Shown: piece after piece, positions 31,557 to 42,992 of the stretch | Numbering within the stretch: position 1 is the first letter of the stretch | Layout of the letters: each line of letters opens with the position of its first letter | Position numbers and translations under genes: made by a program | The notes under the pieces: model-generated | The model's input: the letters and a program-made list of their open reading frames with translations, nothing else | Database searches by the model: none | Told to the model about the DNA's origin: nothing | Origin: Histomonas meleagridis 2922-C6/04-290x | Taxonomy: Eukaryota; Protista; Parabasalia | NCBI GenBank assembly: GCA_020184695.1 | Contig: JAANOX010000063.1 | Span: forward strand, 105,041-169,040 | Length of the DNA: 64,000 nt | Direction of reading: 5' to 3'

Positions 31557-31884
31557 GAGGAAAATTGGTTTCAAAAAATGCCATTGTACATAACTTTTTG
31601 TTGATTTAAAACCCTCCAAAAAACGAATTAATTTCCGTAGAAAATCTTATCGTTTTCTATGACACTTTTGCAATGGAGCTAAATTTGCAAGCTTACAACA
31701 TAGATACAAAGTCTTTACTGCAACTTTTATACTTAAAGTAAAGATGTTTAAAAAAATATCATTATGGTCACATAAATAGTTCTCAAAAAATTTACTTAAA
31801 ATTTTAAATGATTAATAATATGTCAAACAACTAAAAACAAATTATTTAACAAATTCATATATGAAATTATTTGAAGTTTAGAGG

Positions 31885-32783
31885 CTATTTTATTACTATT
31901 TCTTCATCATCTTTATCTTTGTTATATTCGTCGATTAAAATATCGAAATATTCCAAATTATTTTTTTAACATTGGTAACATATCAATGAATGTATTAATA
32001 ATGGAAACCTTTCTATTTAAGAATTCATATCTATAAATAAAAGAGATCGAAGATATCAATGAAGTAAAAAGGCAATCAAAATGTTTTGGAATATCAAAAT
32101 TATCAGTTGAAATATAATTTTGTAATTTAAGAAGAAATCCTTCAGTAATTCCATTGGACCATTTAAACAAATTTTCACGCATATTTCACATTGACCGACA
32201 AATATATCCTTTTCTTCTTGTATTGTTAATTTATCATTGATCGAATTGGATGAACAGAAAATGTGTTATAATTCGAAATTATTTTCATGGCAATTTGTTT
32301 ATATGTCGAATCATTAGTTTCTTTTAATATATATTCAATATGTTGTTCATTTTTTTGAATATCTTTAGCAAAAAATAATTCGATGAATCAATAATAAAAT
32401 ATTTTATATCGAGATAAGTAAATTTACTTGGTCAAAGTTGGAAATGAATTGGATTTTGGATATGATATAATGGTCTGCTAGATTTCTCGTATTTGTTGTT
32501 GCATTAAAGGTTGTGAATCATATGCTTTTATAAGAAGTTTTTCATGATTTATATCTTTTGAAAAAGAAATTCAATTTTAGTTATATGCATGTTTAATTGA
32601 CATATTATGTTTTTTTATTTCCAATGTTGAAATGTTTAAATAATTTTCAAGAAATGAAAGCCAAGAAATTAACAAATGACAAATATTCACTATTGAAAAA
32701 TCAAAATTTTCTTCAGTTAAATCAAACACGATATGTTCAAGTGGAGTTAGTAATTTGTTGTAAATATTTGTAATGTCATTCAA
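31885..32783 (-). pseudogene. Decayed hypothetical protein gene (several frameshifts and stops)
   Basis: TCACT initiator and ATG at 32783; coding-like fragments 32577-32783, 31958-32182 and 31885-31960 lie in different frames. Confidence 0.45.
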
Positions 32784-33018
32784 CATTAATAAAAAACCAA
32801 AAATTTGCACTTTTTCCTATCAAAAGTGACAACTTAAATGAAAACAATAACTTCTCAGAAAGAATACAACTCATTTTCCCAATAATCTTTTATAATCTAT
32901 GTAAACCCATTACTAGTTGTCACCCAAATACCACCCACACCTAAACAAATTAAGCATTTCCTCATTAAACATTAATAATTATCTTATTCAAACACGTTAT
33001 CACATATAAATTTTATTT

Positions 33019-33067
33019 ACTTTAATCTGCTTAGAAGCAGTGTTGGTGCTAACTAAGCAGATAAAGT
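33019..33067. other. Long hairpin (inverted repeat)
   Basis: ACTTT-A-ATCTGCTTAG pairs with CTAAGCAGAT-AAAGT; inner AGCA/TGCT stem with a GTGTTGG loop. Confidence 0.8.
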
Positions 33068-33101
33068 GCTTTTGGAGGCGATGGATCTCTAAACAGTACA
33101 T

Positions 33102-33296
33102 TCACTGGTTCACTAGCCTTTGACAAACCCCCCTGAACTCATTACCCAATTCCCCATTTAGTATCCCTTCTTTTTTGAATTTCGTAAATATTTCTGCATC
33201 AAGTACATCTACCCATTTATATGAGTAATAGCCAGCGGCGTATTCAACAAGCTTTGCAAATAAATGGTGGAAGTTTCTTGTCATGCTTAGTTCTTT
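33102..33296 (-). pseudogene. Isolated fragment of an M3 oligopeptidase A/Dcp-type metallopeptidase C-terminus
   Basis: FHHLFA..EYAAGYYSYKWVDVLDAEIFTKFKKEGILNGELGNEFR matches the M3A C-terminal motif; no HEXXH region upstream and no GGS end. Confidence 0.8.
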
Positions 33297-33464
33297 TCAT
33301 CATCACCAACGTGATCATATTCATTCAGAAGTCTATCGTCCAAAATAGGGCACCCTATTCAATGTTCCACTTTTTCTATTGATACCGGCCTTTAAATTAA
33401 CGGTAATTCGGTGAAGTTTTCAAACAGCGAAAAAATCGGTGAGATAACTTCATATTTTGTTTTG

Positions 33465-33890
33465 ATGTCATTACAAGAAACAGATTATTCTAACCCATAT
33501 GGGTTCATTAATTATGATGACATGAATCCTTTTCAAGCAAGCGAAAATCAACAAGACGAAACAAATTTAATTTCGTTTGATGATTCACAGAATCAAAGTG
33601 ATCAAAGTACAGACTCAATAAATACAAGTGAAGCAAGTGATACGGAAAATATATCACAAAATAAAAATGATAAAAACATGAAAAAATCAATCAAAAAAGG
33701 TTTCACAAAAGCATTTAAGTTTGCAGACAATGTTTCTTCCAAATGCACTGATAAAGTAAGTCACTTGCATTCAACTCATGCAATTTCCAAAGCATTTGGG
33801 AAAATGTGTCATGCTGTCGATAGTTCCACAGTTAATGTTGTGCATTTTATAAAAGATAAATCGAAAAAGCTTCATATAAAAAATAAATAA
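33465..33890 (+). CDS. Hypothetical low-complexity protein (acidic/Ser-rich N-terminus, basic C-terminus)
   Basis: ORF with ATG at 33465; contains an NPF motif. Confidence 0.6.
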   Translation: MSLQETDYSNPYGFINYDDMNPFQASENQQDETNLISFDDSQNQSDQSTDSINTSEASDTENISQNKNDKNMKKSIKKGFTKAFKFADNVSSKCTDKVSHLHSTHAISKAFGKMCHAVDSSTVNVVHFIKDKSKKLHIKNK

Positions 33891-34289
33891 AAAATACAAA
33901 TTAAATTTTTTAAATTTTAAAAAACCTTTAAGCCAAATCACATGCATTGGTGCATAAAGATTTATTTATTCAATTTCGATTAATATAATTGATTTGAGAG
34001 TTTGATATTTCGTATATCACAAAAATGTAATATGTAATTTTTTAAGCAAATGATTCCAATTACATTTAATAAAATATTGAGTAATTGTTAAACATATTAC
34101 TTATACATTAAAAAATCTGTTATGTTGAACCAATTTCTTGATTTTAAACGTGAAAGATATATATCTTCTATTTTTTATAAAAACTAAATAAAAAAATTTT
34201 CTGACTCAACTTGACAGATAACGTATTCAAATTTGCATGGAAACCATAAAAACCGTTTTCGATTGTTTTCACATAGATTTTACAAATTC

Positions 34290-34787
34290 ATGTTTTCATT
34301 CATTTGCAATGTGCCCCAACCAATTAACCCACAAATTTTAGTCAATGAAACGCAAAAACAGCAAATTGCACAACAAACACATGACGCCAATGAGTCACTT
34401 GGAAAAAACGTAAAATGCAAGTTTACTCCAGAAGAAGATCAAAAACTCAGAGAATTGGTTCAAGCTCATGGAACATCCTCATGGAAATTAATTTCAAATT
34501 TGATGGGAACTCGTAATCTTCGCCAATGTAGAGAAAGATGGAAAAATTATCTTGATCCTGTTCTTCGAAATGATCCTTGGACTCTCGAAGAAGACAAGTT
34601 GCTTGTGCAAAAGTATTCAGAGTTTGGTCCAAGGTGGAATAAAATATCAAAATTTTTTGTAAATAGATCGGACAACAATATCAGAAACAGGTGGCAACTT
34701 ATGTTAAGGCAGTGGGAACGAAGAAACTCTGATAAAAATCAGAGAAATGAAACATCCCAAAACGAAGATCTCCAAAAAACAAATTGA
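34290..34787 (+). CDS. R2R3 Myb-like DNA-binding protein
   Basis: KFTPEEDQKL...W...RNLRQCRERWKNYLDP...WTLEEDKLL...GPRWNKI...RSDNNIRNRW; M3 element at 34251. Confidence 0.95.
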   Translation: MFSFICNVPQPINPQILVNETQKQQIAQQTHDANESLGKNVKCKFTPEEDQKLRELVQAHGTSSWKLISNLMGTRNLRQCRERWKNYLDPVLRNDPWTLEEDKLLVQKYSEFGPRWNKISKFFVNRSDNNIRNRWQLMLRQWERRNSDKNQRNETSQNEDLQKTN

Positions 34788-35527
34788 CTGATAATTAACG
34801 GCCATCTCGAACTTTTTCTACGAATAAAACTGTTTTTATTGAAATTTCAATAAACTGTTTCCCAATTTGCGGAATTAATTCCACAATGTTTCTTCATCAA
34901 AATGAAAGGAAAGTATCTTTTAAACCAACAGCAAATGATTATGCATAAATATTTATTTGTAGGGGTAGTTACTTAAATTTTTAATTTGAAATAGTATTTG
35001 ACAATGATTGAAAAATATTTAAATTTAATTTGCCTATTCTTTAAAGTGCAAATAAGACACTGCAAATTTCAAATTTGGGATTAGCAAATAATAAGTTGAG
35101 AAAATGTATTAACATTTATACGTTTGAAAGGTATACCTCTCAAGACATATGAGAAGGCATATCGTCCATTACTTATTGTATGAATTTGGCGATATTTATA
35201 ATGTTGTATTTTTTCATGATTTACTTCTTAACAAAAAATTTTATATTAAACTTTATATGTAAAAAGCACAAAGCGTACTTTCATTTTTAATGAGTATAGC
35301 AATTCCTTTGATCAGAATGTGAAAGAATCGCTTTAAATGCCTCAAGGACTTACGGTTATTCTTAGGTTTTTTTAATTCAAAAAGTATGATAAAATTTTCC
35401 CTAACGTCTCCCTCAAATTTTTTTATAAAACTGTTTTTTTTCAGGTCAAAACGATTAAATTTTATTGAGAACGTCATTTAGATGGAAACCGTTAATTTAA
35501 GTGAATAAACCAAATAAAACCAAACCG

Positions 35528-36037
35528 ATGCTCACAAAAAAGAAAAATTGTCGAGAATTGAGAGGACCACTCCAGCACAAGATGGACAGCCTCGTCAAAC
35601 CACGAAGTCAGTCCTTTCAGAAGAATAGATTCGTTGTCTCACGTCACTCCATAGACCCAGCAGGTGTTCAAGCTCAGCCTCCAAAGCTTCCATCGTCTGA
35701 AATCAGAAATCCTATACCTTCAAGAACTAGAAAGGTCTTCACAATTTCCGTTCAACCAAAAGGATGTGAAAGTGTAAACCCAACAGAGTCATATCTTTAT
35801 GGAAACAGCAGCTCCGGTGAAGACCCGAGCATTCTTTCATTAAAAAACCCAATGCCTCGTGCTAAAAAGCAATTCAAGATAACAAGAACAAACAGAGAGT
35901 CAACTGATCTTTGGGAATTGGTTGATTTCCCACAAAGAAATTCAACAGGAAATTCTTCAAGCAATGGTAATATTAACAAACCTCCAACTATTCCACAGAG
36001 CAGATCAGACTACGATCCATTGATTGACATATTTTAA
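35528..36037 (+). CDS. Hypothetical disordered protein
   Basis: ORF with relatively GC-rich, coding-like composition; start uncertain (35528 or 35582). Confidence 0.6.
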   Translation: MLTKKKNCRELRGPLQHKMDSLVKPRSQSFQKNRFVVSRHSIDPAGVQAQPPKLPSSEIRNPIPSRTRKVFTISVQPKGCESVNPTESYLYGNSSSGEDPSILSLKNPMPRAKKQFKITRTNRESTDLWELVDFPQRNSTGNSSSNGNINKPPTIPQSRSDYDPLIDIF

Positions 36038-36422
36038 CAACAATTTTAATTATTGCTATTTTTTAATTTCAAATATGCAGCACATGCAAAAGCCATCTCT
36101 TGTTACTTTTTTCATACCATGTAACCATTTTGTTAAATTTCGAATTACATTTCGGATCACCAAATAAAAATTATTTCACCTCCAACCTGATTTTTTTTTT
36201 TTTTTTTTTTTTTTGAATTTAACATAATGTTTTAGTAAGATATTTCCGTGATTTAATTTTTTGTTTATTATAATCAATTTCAAGATAGAAACATTGCAAA
36301 CATGCTAACTTAAATTGAATCATTATTTGGTCAAAACATTGTTCATATAAATTCAGTAGTAGTAAAATGGCAAGTATAAAATATGACCAATTAAGCTGAA
36401 TCCGTTAAAAAATTGATGGGAA

Positions 36423-37034
36423 ATGAACAAAGAAACACAAAAAAAGGCAATTAAATTTATAAAAGCTGTATCTTCTCACCCAATTTCATCTTCGTTCAAT
36501 GAAAATCCGGATGATCCTAGCGATTATTATACTTTTAATGCTATTCGTACAAGAATTGAAAATAATCATTATATAAAAATAAGTGATATACTTAATGAAA
36601 TGGAGCAAAAAATTTCTATTATGGAACAGTATCAAGGTTTTTATGAAATAGCTTCAAATGAAATTCGAAAAATTATCGAAAAACAGAAAAAAAAATATTT
36701 TTTATCAAATGTAGAATGGGGTAGAATGATGGGAGAACTTAGAAACAAGTTATGTGGTGCTTTTTCAAAACAAACTGATAAAATCAAGAAATTTTCACAC
36801 ATAAAACCAATTGAACAAAAGCCTCAAATTTATTTCCTAGATTCTAATGATTATATTAACCTAGAAAAAGAGTTGGCCGATTGCACAGAGAATGAAGTTC
36901 ATGATTTAACAAAAATTATTTTAGATAATCAGCCAGATATCAAGATTGAAAATGGCCTACTCAATGTTGCCTATTTGAGTCCACCTACAGTAATTCAAGT
37001 GAAAGAATATTTAATCAGAAAAAGACAATATTAA
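36423..37034 (+). CDS. Degenerate bromodomain + ET-like domain protein
   Basis: AIKFIKAVSSHPISSSF...FNAIRTRIENNHY (truncated bromodomain) and a C-terminal LEKELADC...LTKIILDNQP...LNVAYLSPPTV segment. Confidence 0.7.
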   Translation: MNKETQKKAIKFIKAVSSHPISSSFNENPDDPSDYYTFNAIRTRIENNHYIKISDILNEMEQKISIMEQYQGFYEIASNEIRKIIEKQKKKYFLSNVEWGRMMGELRNKLCGAFSKQTDKIKKFSHIKPIEQKPQIYFLDSNDYINLEKELADCTENEVHDLTKIILDNQPDIKIENGLLNVAYLSPPTVIQVKEYLIRKRQY

Positions 37035-37341
37035 ATAAATATTTTATTTCAATCACACTATATACTTAGGACTTTATGATTTTCCCTAAAGTTTATGCGC
37101 AATGCTAAATTACATTCATTTTTTACAACCTACCATCAGCTAAGTAAACTTTTCAATAATTTTTTCAACCGTCAAACATGTCAGTTTTATATCAACTTAT
37201 GAAATCTATTTGACAATTATAATTAAAATTGCCGAATGACTTCAAGAATGAATAAACTTTCACAATTGATTTTTTGTTTTTATTATGAAATAATTTTTGT
37301 AATTTAAAACATCAAATTTATTCAATCAAAAACATATTTAT

Positions 37342-38517
37342 TCAGAAAAATTCTTCGTTTTTCTGCATTGAAAATGATGGAGGTGTTGAAATAACAACTT
37401 TCTTTTTTTGCGATTTCGGAATTTCGAATCCGCCTGGAGGTCTTGGTACTACAACGACAGAGTTTGCCCTTTTTGTTATATCCTTCTTAACCACAGTAGC
37501 GTCATCTTTAATTTTCGGGCTTAACTGATCGTCTTGCTTAATCGCATTTGCAATTGCAATATAATCTATTCCAGGCGCAGATGAAGTGCTTAAGTTCGGA
37601 TGCCTAAAGAAGTTCGGCTTTTGGCCTTCTTTGAACGCGGGATGTGAAAGAGATGCTTTTGCAGTGATACGATCTTTTGGCCGATATGCAAGAAGTTTGG
37701 AAAGGAGGTCAATTATGGATGGGCTGACTTTCGGTAAAAGCCGTGAAAGCTTTTGTGGTGGATATTGGACAAATTCAAATGTATGAAGTTTATCAGGTGG
37801 GCACATTTCGGCAAGTACAGTATGCGATGGTGTCCCGAGGATTCGGTGAATTCGATTTATTTGGTCAATTGTAGTTTTTCCTGCAAATAATGGAAAGCCC
37901 GTTAAGAATTCATAAAGAATACAGCCAACTGCCCATATGTCGATGCCAGGACCATAGGTGCCACAGGAAAGAAGAAGCTCGGGTGGACGATACCAACGTG
38001 TACATATATATTCAGTTAATGGAGTATTGGAAGAAAGATCTTTAGAAGACCCAAAATCACCAAGCTTAAGCTCCATTTTACGTGGGTTAATAAAACAATT
38101 TTCTGGTTTGACATCTCGGTGTATTATGTTTTTGGAATGAATATCATCTAAAGCAGTCAAGAGTTGATATACAAGTAAAAGAGCATGATTAACTGGAAAC
38201 GGTCCACGAATTTCCCTCATATAAGCAAAGGCATCTTTATCCATTAAATCGATTACCAATGACAGCCGAAACTTTTTTGGTTCAAATATTACTTCGTGTA
38301 GCTTTATAACATTTTTAGAATCTTTGATCCTACGCATGATATTTATCTCTTCGATTTGTTCAATTTCTTCAATTTTTTGGAATTTTCTTTTAAATACTTT
38401 TAGAGCATAAGGTGTTTGAGTAACTTTGTGTTGTACATGGTATACAGAACTGAAGTTTCCTTCACCTATCTTGGAAATAATGGTGTATTCTTTGAGTGCG
38501 TCTATCCTTGTGCTCAT
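37342..38517 (-). CDS. CMGC protein kinase, RCK family (MOK-like)
   Basis: IGEGNFSSV, ALK, HRDVKPEN, LGDFGS, TEYICTRWYRPPE. Confidence 0.92.
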   Translation of the reverse strand: MSTRIDALKEYTIISKIGEGNFSSVYHVQHKVTQTPYALKVFKRKFQKIEEIEQIEEINIMRRIKDSKNVIKLHEVIFEPKKFRLSLVIDLMDKDAFAYMREIRGPFPVNHALLLVYQLLTALDDIHSKNIIHRDVKPENCFINPRKMELKLGDFGSSKDLSSNTPLTEYICTRWYRPPELLLSCGTYGPGIDIWAVGCILYEFLTGFPLFAGKTTIDQINRIHRILGTPSHTVLAEMCPPDKLHTFEFVQYPPQKLSRLLPKVSPSIIDLLSKLLAYRPKDRITAKASLSHPAFKEGQKPNFFRHPNLSTSSAPGIDYIAIANAIKQDDQLSPKIKDDATVVKKDITKRANSVVVVPRPPGGFEIPKSQKKKVVISTPPSFSMQKNEEFF

Positions 38518-39072
38518 TTTGGTTAACTCTTTCGTTCCTTAGCTGATTATTTTCGCCTCAATATTCCAATTTGACAATGAAAAAGTCCTTTGAAAAATTC
38601 AGAGGGTGGATAAAATTCCTCTCTAAAACACTGTTGATAAAATTTCTTCAACGGTTGTTATGTTGCGAATTCGTGTTTTTGATGAAAAATTAGAGTTACT
38701 TGTTTTACCCTTACTATGAAAAACAAGCCAAACCTATTTAACACAAAATATTAGAAGATTAATAATGTTTTTGCTTCGGTTGAGAAAGAAAAAATGTTTA
38801 AGAATTGCTTTATATTGGATAATTAATTATGACATTTATGATTTCATTCCACATAAGACTATAAAATGTTTTGATTATAAGAAATATAATATATCTTTTG
38901 GGTAAAATGAAAGAAACATTTTGATTTTGTCACTTTTGCTGTCATAATATTCATAAATGCTTGGACAAGTTCAGAAGTTTTTGATCAAAAAACCAAATTA
39001 TCAAACGAAACAACATAAAAACTCGCTGTCATTGCGTTGAGCAAAATAAAGATTTATTCAAAAAACTTTTCC

Positions 39073-40047
39073 TTATTCATTTTCGGCTTCTTCTTCATTA
39101 ATATCAGCGCTTTGATGCAACACGAAGATATTGAAGTTAAGCGCTTGGTCGAAGGACATATATGCTGCTTTATTTGTATTTTGTCCAGCATAACATGATG
39201 CAGTGAAAACGGTCGCGACGGTTTTTAACGGTGCGAATGGGAAATCAACTCCTTTTTGCGCCATTTGGTGGCCTCTGATGAGCATAATGAAGCCATTCTT
39301 CTCTAAGAACGACTGCACGACGCTAGGTCCAAATGTATATGTTGAGCCTCGTTCATTTGGACCCCATTCAGTAACATATCTTGATGGATCGGACCAGAGA
39401 AGATCTGCAAGGAGACCTTCTTCAGGTATTGGAGTTGGCCGTTTGATTGCTTGGATCTGGTCTATTGATTGAAGATCGGGTGATAACCCTCCATGAACGC
39501 AAAATATCTTACCACCAATGATGGCTGATATTGGAAGACAACAAAAGGCTCCGTAAAAATATGATAAAGCTTCGTTGCTTAATTTGGTGCAACATTCATT
39601 AGCAAATCCAAAGTATTCTGTCATCTCAGGGCTTTCATGATTACCCCTCAATAAAAATATGTTGGATGGGAAACGCACTTTCATAGCAAAGAGTAAGCAT
39701 ATGACTTCAACACTGTTAGGTCCTCTATCAACATAATCACCTAAGAATAAGTATTTGACAGATGGATCAAAACCACCTGATTGGAAAACTGCTATTAGGT
39801 CATAGAGCTGACCATGAATATCACCGCAAATATTTATTGGTGGGCTTAAATCAAGTACTGTTGGTTCATTCAATAAGATTGTACTAACAGTTTTACATAG
39901 TAAGATGGCTTCCTCTGCATCCATTTTGATAACTCCTGTTGATATAATATTCCGCATGATTACGTCTAGCTTTGAATCGTCCATCTTGCTCGAGCACGTG
40001 TTAGCCGTTATATTTGTTGTTTTACTCACTTTTGGGAAAAGTGTCAT
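39073..40047 (-). CDS. PPP-family Ser/Thr phosphatase (PP1-like)
   Basis: GDIHGQ, LGDYVDRG, LRGNHE, HGGLSP, DLLWSDP, RGHQ; start at ATG 40047 or 39984. Confidence 0.93.
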   Translation of the reverse strand: MTLFPKVSKTTNITANTCSSKMDDSKLDVIMRNIISTGVIKMDAEEAILLCKTVSTILLNEPTVLDLSPPINICGDIHGQLYDLIAVFQSGGFDPSVKYLFLGDYVDRGPNSVEVICLLFAMKVRFPSNIFLLRGNHESPEMTEYFGFANECCTKLSNEALSYFYGAFCCLPISAIIGGKIFCVHGGLSPDLQSIDQIQAIKRPTPIPEEGLLADLLWSDPSRYVTEWGPNERGSTYTFGPSVVQSFLEKNGFIMLIRGHQMAQKGVDFPFAPLKTVATVFTASCYAGQNTNKAAYMSFDQALNFNIFVLHQSADINEEEAENE

Positions 40048-40293
40048 GTCATTCAAAATGCATTGAATTTGAATTCAGAACCGCACTGATTCGACAAAGA
40101 AAATTAAATAAATGTTACTATGTATGATATATTATTAGTTATAAAAACATGTCATTGGAAACTTAACAGCTTATTATATCTTTTACATTTCCTTGAAACA
40201 GTCTTTGTGATTTTAAAAGTTTGCACATTTAATAACATGACCAATTTTTATTTACAAATATATATATATCATAAATCAAGTAATAAATTCACA

Positions 40294-41472
40294 TTACTTT
40301 AATGACCAAAAAGGTCGTTCGCCCGCCATTCGAACTGTTTTTATGTTTCCATTTTTCTCAACTTTTCTTTTGATGAATCCCCATGTCCATGATACATTAT
40401 TTCCTTGTGATTCAACATTTCTTCTTACGTCATCAATGTAAGACATTTGACCATCTTTACTTTTCAGAAGATTTACAATTATTGGATAAATTTTATTTGT
40501 TTGATAATTCGCAAATAAATAATAAATATAAAGGAAAAACACAATCAGCCAAACAATTGTTAAGCCACAAAGATCTGAATGCAAATCACAAAAATCGACT
40601 ACTTTACAAAAAAGTGTCCTGCTCGGTTGGGAAATGACAAAAGAAGAATTCGAAATCTGTACGTGATTAGAATCAAATGCAATATATTTAATGAAGTCAT
40701 CATTAAACTCAGATGTAATTGGGATGCTTTCTATTGGTGAAATGCAATCATTTAATTGGAAAATAAGTTGTGATTCAAGTTCTTCAAAATTATTCGTGTC
40801 AACAAATATTTCAGTGTTTTGTTTGAGTTTGGTAAAGGAAAAGATACCAATAAAAATAGCAATAATAAGAATAATGAAACCAGAACAAAACTGACGGTTA
40901 ACGGTTTTACCGGGAGGTTTGTGACGGTTTGTTGAGAAAGGTGTCATTTTTTCATCCGCCGATAGAGGCGATTTCTGTGTCGAGTGAGATGAGGGCAAAT
41001 TTGGTGGAACAAACCCTTTTGTAGGACATGATAAACTCCGAGGACTAAGATGATAGTTAGGTAATGGAGATTTCATTTGTGATGAATTTTGAGATGAATC
41101 TTGATCTAAAATATCGTTTTTTTCAAATAAATCCAATTCTTCTTGTGGCTGCTCTGTCTCCATATCAAAAGGAGTATCCTGTGTATTAAATTTTTGTAAA
41201 TCATTAGTAATTTCATCATCAGCAATAATATCAGGCGGGATTCCTTCAACAGGATTTTCAGTAATATTGCTTATCTCATTAACTTCTTCTTCCTCTTCTT
41301 CGGAGTAATCAGATGAACTTTGCTCTAAATCTACTGGTGGATCTTCAATTCTTCTTAAAAAAATTTCTTTTCCATCAGGGAGCTGAACTGGTTTAATGTT
41401 ATTTTCCTGTACACCAATTAACCGATCTGAGAGTTTTGTTTCAATTATGTCCTTTTTAGTTTCTTCATTCAT
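40294..41472 (-). CDS. Man1/Src1 (Heh)-like inner nuclear membrane protein
   Basis: Acidic disordered N-terminus, two TM helices flanking a Cys-containing luminal loop, C-terminal W..IKRKVEKNGNIKTVRMAGERPFW resembling the MSC winged helix. Confidence 0.65.
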   Translation of the reverse strand: MNEETKKDIIETKLSDRLIGVQENNIKPVQLPDGKEIFLRRIEDPPVDLEQSSSDYSEEEEEEVNEISNITENPVEGIPPDIIADDEITNDLQKFNTQDTPFDMETEQPQEELDLFEKNDILDQDSSQNSSQMKSPLPNYHLSPRSLSCPTKGFVPPNLPSSHSTQKSPLSADEKMTPFSTNRHKPPGKTVNRQFCSGFIILIIAIFIGIFSFTKLKQNTEIFVDTNNFEELESQLIFQLNDCISPIESIPITSEFNDDFIKYIAFDSNHVQISNSSFVISQPSRTLFCKVVDFCDLHSDLCGLTIVWLIVFFLYIYYLFANYQTNKIYPIIVNLLKSKDGQMSYIDDVRRNVESQGNNVSWTWGFIKRKVEKNGNIKTVRMAGERPFWSLK

Positions 41473-41588
41473 CCAGTTAAAAAAAGTTGCGAAACCGTTT
41501 AATATTCCGATAGGAATTTAATAAACGGCTTCTTTATTAACGGAAAATATAAACGACTTTCCAGCCATCAAAAATCATTTTATTCGCA

Positions 41589-42314
41589 ATGATAGATCAA
41601 CAGCAAGAAGATTTAATGTTCTTCTCTTCAATGTATCTTTCCCAAGGAAGAAACTCAAGTGCTATTGAATCTATTAAAGAACTTATTAATTTAAATCCTG
41701 TTTTAGATATTAAAACTAGAGGCTATTTCCAAGTTGTTTATAAACAAATTATCGATAATTTAAGAAGCTCTTTAGGTATTATTAATTCATATTATGAAAT
41801 TGAACAAGAGATGAATCACACAGAAATGGCTTCATTTCTTCTTAAGAAAAAAGAGGAAATGTGTGACAGGTTAATCCCTCTATGTAAAGAAGCTATTGGT
41901 CTTATCGACAATATTCTTTTACCAAATGCGCAAGATCCTCAAATGTCAGTATATTTCTTAAAGTTAAAAGGAGACTTTTACAGATATGTTGCAGAGTATT
42001 CTGATGAAACAGAATCTGTTTCTGCTGCTAATATGGGTGAAGAAGCATATAGTGAAGCATTCAATGTCAGCGATTCCAATTTACCATTCTTTGATCTTGT
42101 TCGTTTAACACTTGTTTTAAATGCTGCTGTTTTTAAATATGAGATCCGTAAAAATTATGAAGCAGCAACTGAAATGTTAGAGAATGAAGTTAATAACTCC
42201 GAACAAATTCTCCAAAATCTTAACGAAATAGAACAAAAAGAAGCAATGGCAACATTAGGGCTCATGAAGCAAAACCTTTCTATTTGGTCAGAATTAAATG
42301 AAGAAGATAAATGA
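41589..42314 (+). CDS. 14-3-3 protein (divergent)
   Basis: VVYKQIIDNLRSS, FLKLKGDFYRYVAEY, LVLNAAVFKYEI, MKQNLSIW; phospho-binding K, R, R and Y residues retained. Confidence 0.92.
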   Translation: MIDQQQEDLMFFSSMYLSQGRNSSAIESIKELINLNPVLDIKTRGYFQVVYKQIIDNLRSSLGIINSYYEIEQEMNHTEMASFLLKKKEEMCDRLIPLCKEAIGLIDNILLPNAQDPQMSVYFLKLKGDFYRYVAEYSDETESVSAANMGEEAYSEAFNVSDSNLPFFDLVRLTLVLNAAVFKYEIRKNYEAATEMLENEVNNSEQILQNLNEIEQKEAMATLGLMKQNLSIWSELNEEDK

Positions 42315-42992
42315 TTTTAAAAGAAAAGTGTTTTGAATGAAGAAAATAGTTTTAAAATAATATGTAAATATTTTTAATATATATTAGCTAAAATAAATAT
42401 CTTTTAGTAAAGAATTGTTTTTCTTAGTTTGATGGAAAAATATTTTTTTGACATTAATTGTCAAAGGTTAAAACTTTAATAAAAAAAAACTCAACATACT
42501 TTTGTGGGAGAATTTTAAGATATTCTCAGTGAATTCATCTCAAGTTAAAAGCTTATCAATTTGAAGATATTTTTTTGCGAACCTAACCAATTTAAATATA
42601 TATTATACATATATAGTCAATCTCAAAAACAGAGTTTCAGCAATCTTCTAGGCTTAAAATAAATGGTATTTATGTTTAATTTAGCATTATGATAAAAAAC
42701 GGTTACCACAACCGTCAAAAATGGCGCCATATTAATATTCTGGATAAAATTATAAAACTCATTAATGAACAATAAGACAAGTAACGCTAAAACAAAAACA
42801 TTGATTAAAAATTATTCTTTACCCAAGTTTATGCAAGATTTAGAATCTGTTGATGAAATTATTTTTGGTTTGAGCTAGTTAAATCATACTTTCTATGATT
42901 GGACAGCTTCGATTCGTAAGCGTAATTAATTTTGGGGCACCCCTGTTTTTGAGGCAAAAAAACATATTTTTGAAAGCTTTACAATTTTTAAG

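Noticed and set aside
33019-33097. H/ACA snoRNA (hairpin-AGATAA-hairpin-ACA)
   Set aside because: No pseudouridylation pocket 14-16 nt from the boxes, and the second hairpin is too short; kept only as a generic hairpin.
33019-33116. Helitron 3' end (hairpin + CTAG) capturing the peptidase fragment
   Set aside because: CTAG is about 45 nt from the hairpin, lies inside the peptidase fragment, and no 5' TC boundary or Rep/Hel gene is seen.
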